Origin: a virus
Lineage: Duplodnaviria; Caudoviricetes
Virus record (IMG/VR): IMGVR_UViG_3300032221_000090
Coordinates: 1 to 28,237 of that record
Length of the DNA: 28,237 bases
Reading direction: 5' to 3' (one strand)
Both the position numbers and the translations under genes were made by a program. Shown one piece after another: positions 24,986 to 28,237 of this stretch; position 1 is the stretch's first letter, and every line of letters starts with the position of its first letter. A model generated the notes under the pieces. That model did no database searches, was not told the origin of the DNA, and saw only the letters and a list, made by a program, of their open reading frames with translations.

Positions 24986-26323
24986 CTAGCGACGCCGTGT
25001 AGGTCCACGCACCGGCCTGGGGGCTGTTGCCCCAGGTGGCAGCGGTTTGCCCAACAGCTCACGCACTGCACCCTGCGGGTCCTTTTCGTACTTCCCGCCC
25101 TTACCTGTCAGCTTGTTGAACGCATCTGTGTGCTTGCCCAACACCAACCGCTTGCTGTGCTCGTTGGCGTTCTGCAGCATGTCCCCCGCTGTCGTCTGAC
25201 CTTTCCCCAGCTGTCTGCTACGAACCCACTGCATCTCACCATTCACCCTCATCGGGCGTTTGTAAGCGTTGTCACCCGTGTATCCATCAGGCGGTGGCAA
25301 TCGCTTGCCCCGTTTGTCGTATTGAACAGGTGTTGCTTCAAGAAAACTGCCAGGGCGTCCACCTTCCCTCTCTTCCCGTATCTCCATTGATCGGGTCCAA
25401 GGCAGGATCTTGCACCGACAGCTGAAATGCGCCGGCCACGCATACGGCGGACTGCTGCGCTCCTTGAACTTCACCCCATCTAATGGCGCACAGATCTGGC
25501 ACAGCCTGGTGTCATTGCTGGCATCCCACCACCACTTGTCCCCGCTCTTGGTAGGGATCAACAGATCCTCGTTGGCTTCATAGAACACGTCATGCGCTGA
25601 CTGGCTGGCCTCAGCCATCGAGGTGCGCACAATCGCCTCAGTCATCGCACGACCCTTGCGCCCTGGCCCAAGCTCGCCAGCGACACTGACCACCTGGCGC
25701 TCGATCTCGTCGTTTGTCAGGCCAAGCAGAAACCCAGCGCGCAACTTGGTCTCAACCTGCTTGCCCATTGCCTCGACGTAGTTCGGCAGGAGATCAACCA
25801 GGCCGACCTTGCTACCGCCAGGACTTAACACCGAAAACCCCGTCTCCCTCGCCGCGGCCACTACCTGCTGCCTAGTGATGCTCGGGCTAATGAATCCCTT
25901 CTCGACCGCCTTGGTCATGTTCACGCCAAGGTCGTTACCCGTGACGCTCACCTCAGTGCCGCGTGTCGTTGCACCACTCAATGTCGACTGTCGCACTTCC
26001 GGTTTGACGCCATCAGCCTCTAGATACTTCTGCGCATTGCTCAACCCCTCCTCAAACGCTCGCGCCTGTGCTTCAGGCAACACCTGATAGATCCGATCAG
26101 CAACAGGGCCAAACTGCGCCCTGATCGTTTCCAGCTGCGTGCGAAGCCATAACTCACGCTCAATACTTGCCCCCTCAGGTGGCAGGTTCTTCAGCAAGAA
26201 CTGAAGTCGCTGGAATGCCTCCTGGTAAGCAGGCAGGATCATCCTCAACGCATCGTCGCTGAGGTTCTTCAGCGCGAATTGATCACGGACAACAACCAGC
26301 GCCTGCGCGGCGTTTTGCATCAC
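24986..26323 (-). CDS. MuF/SPP1 gp7-like minor head morphogenesis protein
   Basis: EAIVRTSM...WDASNDTRLCQICAPLDG...PAHFSCRC motif; follows the portal. Confidence 0.88.
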   Translation of the reverse strand: MMQNAAQALVVVRDQFALKNLSDDALRMILPAYQEAFQRLQFLLKNLPPEGASIERELWLRTQLETIRAQFGPVADRIYQVLPEAQARAFEEGLSNAQKYLEADGVKPEVRQSTLSGATTRGTEVSVTGNDLGVNMTKAVEKGFISPSITRQQVVAAARETGFSVLSPGGSKVGLVDLLPNYVEAMGKQVETKLRAGFLLGLTNDEIERQVVSVAGELGPGRKGRAMTEAIVRTSMAEASQSAHDVFYEANEDLLIPTKSGDKWWWDASNDTRLCQICAPLDGVKFKERSSPPYAWPAHFSCRCKILPWTRSMEIREEREGGRPGSFLEATPVQYDKRGKRLPPPDGYTGDNAYKRPMRVNGEMQWVRSRQLGKGQTTAGDMLQNANEHSKRLVLGKHTDAFNKLTGKGGKYEKDPQGAVRELLGKPLPPGATAPRPVRGPTRRR

Positions 26324-27831
26324 TCCTCAGGCGGTGCTTCCTGTGGAGGGACAACGCCATTGGACTGATTGCCCTGCATGATCGCCATCTGTTGCTCCAT
26401 GCCCTGCTGTTGCTCTAGTTCAGCATTCGCCATCACTGTTTCAGGGTCGAAGTCATCACCAAACAGCTCGCTGTTACCAATCGCCCTCAGCGCTGTCTCC
26501 TGATCTAACAACCCTGAGGTGAACAACGCATTCACTGCTGTCATCGTCTGTGCGTCGATCGCAGCATTGTCGAAATCGCGGTCGATCAACACCTCAGGCG
26601 GCTCCTGCCCCGCATACTCCGCCACCCAGTTCACGCATTGCTGCAGCGTCTGCTCCAGGTCCTTGCTCAATACCGCAAGCAAACTGTTGGTATCGATCCG
26701 ATCTAAAGCTTTCGCAGTGCCTGACTCCTGGAAGGTCTTCTGCTGGCTCAGTGTTGCAATGCCCAGTTGCTTCATCTGATCAGCCATCCGATCAAGCTCC
26801 GCCTGGATGCTTTGGAAGCATTGATACGCCGGCTCGCAATACTCCACAGCACCATCAGGTGGCATGGCAATCGCATTCGCCACACTCACATTGATCTCAG
26901 GGCTTTGGTCGTCCCAACCCTTCAATACCAGGATCGGCTGTGCAGCAACAGCCAACGCATTCAACAGCTGGCCCTGCAGGCTGTAATGCTGCAGTTGAAG
27001 CTGCGCCAACTCAAGCATCGGCGGCTTACTGATTAGCGTCGCCTCACGACCGCTGTAGCAAGCAGCAAATGGGATCTCTTGCAGGCTTGTCGTGCCCTGG
27101 TCATACAACGCCCAGCCACTGCCGGTGTCCTGCGCCTGTCGCCACACTTCCCACTTGCCAGGCTCGAGCACACGGATCTGCTGAACCGTTCGTGTGCCAA
27201 ACCGTCCGTCATCCTCTGTCGCCCATTCCCTAAGCCGCAGCTGTTGCAGCCGACCGCCGCGCTCACTCGTGCGTTGCCGCCAGCCGATGATGTTCTGCGC
27301 TTCAGCTGGGATCAGATACGGCCGCTCGCCAAGCAACACCTCATCTCGCAAGGTGCGAACAGGTGACGCCGTGAAATCGACCAACACACCACTGTGGCCA
27401 TAGGCGATCGCATTGAACAGAAGCCGCCGTGCAAACTCATCGAGGTCTGTACCTTGGCGATCAACCTCACCATTGCGCCACTCCGCCCACCAAGTTTCGT
27501 TGCCACCTTCAAGCTCAATCGGCTTGCGCAGAATCAATCCACACGCTGCGTCAACGATCCGCTTGAAATAAGGCGTCAGGACACTGCGCGAAATACGTGT
27601 CGACCAGCAACGGTCATCCTCCTGAGGCAACCGCGGCAGATAGATCTCTGCCTTATGCCGCAACAGCGACGTTCCACCAAGGACATCAGAGATCGGCGCC
27701 CAATGCACGGCCATTGCCCAGTATTGAGCGGATGGGGCGGACGGATCATCAGGTGCAATCGCTGTGTCAGCACCCAGCTGAACAGCACCCTGCCAACCGA
27801 AATGACGCTGCGGGTTGTAGCTGGGAAGCAT
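26320..27831 (-). CDS. Portal protein (DUF4055-type)
   Basis: YLPRLPQED...RISRSVL...GLILRKP...AIAYGHSGVLVD...RPYL...IIGW...SKPPMLELA; 503 aa between terminase and MuF. Confidence 0.88.
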   Translation of the reverse strand: MLPSYNPQRHFGWQGAVQLGADTAIAPDDPSAPSAQYWAMAVHWAPISDVLGGTSLLRHKAEIYLPRLPQEDDRCWSTRISRSVLTPYFKRIVDAACGLILRKPIELEGGNETWWAEWRNGEVDRQGTDLDEFARRLLFNAIAYGHSGVLVDFTASPVRTLRDEVLLGERPYLIPAEAQNIIGWRQRTSERGGRLQQLRLREWATEDDGRFGTRTVQQIRVLEPGKWEVWRQAQDTGSGWALYDQGTTSLQEIPFAACYSGREATLISKPPMLELAQLQLQHYSLQGQLLNALAVAAQPILVLKGWDDQSPEINVSVANAIAMPPDGAVEYCEPAYQCFQSIQAELDRMADQMKQLGIATLSQQKTFQESGTAKALDRIDTNSLLAVLSKDLEQTLQQCVNWVAEYAGQEPPEVLIDRDFDNAAIDAQTMTAVNALFTSGLLDQETALRAIGNSELFGDDFDPETVMANAELEQQQGMEQQMAIMQGNQSNGVVPPQEAPPEE

Positions 27832-27836
27832 GGCGA

Positions 27837-27977
27837 TCAGCCCTCAGAGTCAGACTTGCGAACGCGACGCTTGGGTTCTTCCTGTTTGACAGGTTGAGCA
27901 ATCGCAGCTTGATGGGGTGACTCGGGCTGTGGCTGGTCAGATGGCTTCCAGTAAGGAGACGGATACCAGCAGGCCAT
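27837..27977 (-). CDS. Small hypothetical protein, 46 aa (MACWYPSPYW...); real start ATG27977
   Basis: ATG lies 22 nt downstream of a TAGACT box; stops 5 nt before the portal ATG. Confidence 0.55.
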   Translation of the reverse strand: MACWYPSPYWKPSDQPQPESPHQAAIAQPVKQEEPKRRVRKSDSEG

Positions 27978-27999
27978 TCGCACACCAAAACCTATTGGC

Positions 28000-28005
28000 A
28001 GTCTA
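28000..28005 (-). promoter_or_regulatory. TAGACT(G) promoter-like box heading the portal unit
   Basis: Downstream of a terminator and 22 nt upstream of ATG27977. Confidence 0.55.
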
Positions 28006-28013
28006 CGGAGCGA

Positions 28014-28030
28014 GATCAGTACACCCGCCA
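28014..28030. repeat. 17-bp direct repeat, copy 1 (GATCAGTACACCCGCCA)
   Basis: Exact match to 28200-28216. Confidence 0.97.
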
Positions 28031-28055
28031 ACAACAAAGCCCCCTTGCGGGGGCT
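28031..28055 (-). terminator. Intrinsic terminator
   Basis: AGCCCCC-GCAA-GGGGGCT-TTGTTGT on the minus strand. Confidence 0.8.
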
Positions 28056-28199
28056 CGTCGGGCTAGCCATTGACATGGCCACCGAATCGATTCAGAGCGA
28101 TTGCCACATCACCCTGCTCAGACCACGCTCACGCTGGAGCGATGTGGCACGGCAGCCATTGCTGACCTCCGTGCATCGGATGAATGAAACGTAACCCGG
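28031..28199 (-). ncRNA. Candidate structured ncRNA or inserted element between the 17-bp repeats
   Basis: Several nested helices, GCAA and GTGA tetraloops, and a terminal terminator; matches no family I recognise. Confidence 0.55.
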
Positions 28200-28216
28200 G
28201 ATCAGTACACCCGCCA
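28200..28216. repeat. 17-bp direct repeat, copy 2 (contains the last codons and stop of the upstream gene)
   Basis: Minus strand TGG CGG GTG TAC TGA TC = WRVY*. Confidence 0.97.
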
Positions 28217-28237
28217 GCTCGTGCCGCCTGTCTTCCA
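28202..28237 (-). CDS. Last 11 codons of an upstream gene, probably the terminase large subunit
   Basis: WKTGGTSWRVY*; position upstream of the portal suggests TerL, but only the tail is visible. Confidence 0.55.
   Translation of the reverse strand, partial: WKTGGTSWRVY

Noticed and set aside
24605-26323. MuF polymorphic toxin with a downstream immunity gene
   Set aside because: The ~140-aa extension after the CRC motif shows no toxin motif I recognise (ADP-ribosyltransferase, nuclease, deaminase), and nothing marks the 123-aa gene as immunity.
7639-27411. HIP1 (GCGATCGC) enrichment as proof of a cyanobacterial host
   Set aside because: I noticed only two copies (near 7639 and 27404), which is not clearly above chance, so it is uninformative about the host.
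4119-27920. Many long plus-strand and nested ORFs in the track (e.g. 4119-4586, 6315-6905, 20835-21572, 23441-24112)
   Set aside because: They are antisense or alternate-frame shadows of well-supported GC-rich genes and have no motifs.
28031-28199. Known ribozyme, riboswitch or tRNA (hammerhead, HDV-like, glnA, manA, group II domain V)
   Set aside because: No CUGANGA/GAAA core, T-loop or other diagnostic consensus found by eye on either strand; an Infernal search is needed for a firm answer.
28014-28216. CRISPR mini-array
   Set aside because: Only two 17-bp copies, 169 bp apart, non-palindromic, one of them coding; no cas genes.
1-28237. Stop-codon reassignment or alternative genetic code
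   Set aside because: Genes are full length in the standard code, and TAG, TGA and TAA are all used as real stops.

Overview
The window holds almost the whole virion-morphogenesis module of a long-tailed (siphovirus-type) phage or prophage, about 60% GC, read on the minus strand. From right to left: the 3' tip of a probable terminase large subunit, portal, MuF-like head protein, a collagen/CBM-like fibre, scaffold, major capsid, a free-standing GIY-YIG endonuclease, head-tail joining genes, tail tube, a frameshifted tail chaperone pair, tape measure, tail-tip genes, two extra tube-like genes and five fibre/receptor-binding genes. At the left end a plus-strand operon with a class-3 lipase converges on this module. 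The protein styles recall siphoviruses of picocyanobacteria, but that host is my inference from memory, not a database result. The main unexplained signals are: (1) a 169-bp, highly structured element ending in its own terminator and flanked by an exact 17-bp direct repeat that copies the terminase 3' end; (2) a circularly permuted M23/LytM peptidase inside the tape measure; (3) a recurring TA(G/A/C)RCTG promoter-like box in front of most transcription units, often built from the upstream gene's stop codon; (4) an endonuclease cassette that appears to have split one such promoter; (5) twin hairpins with identical GCCCCC loops in the tail-tube leader; and (6) two different receptor-binding tips on the same N-terminal three-repeat module. 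All product names come from motif recognition and gene order; no searches were run.
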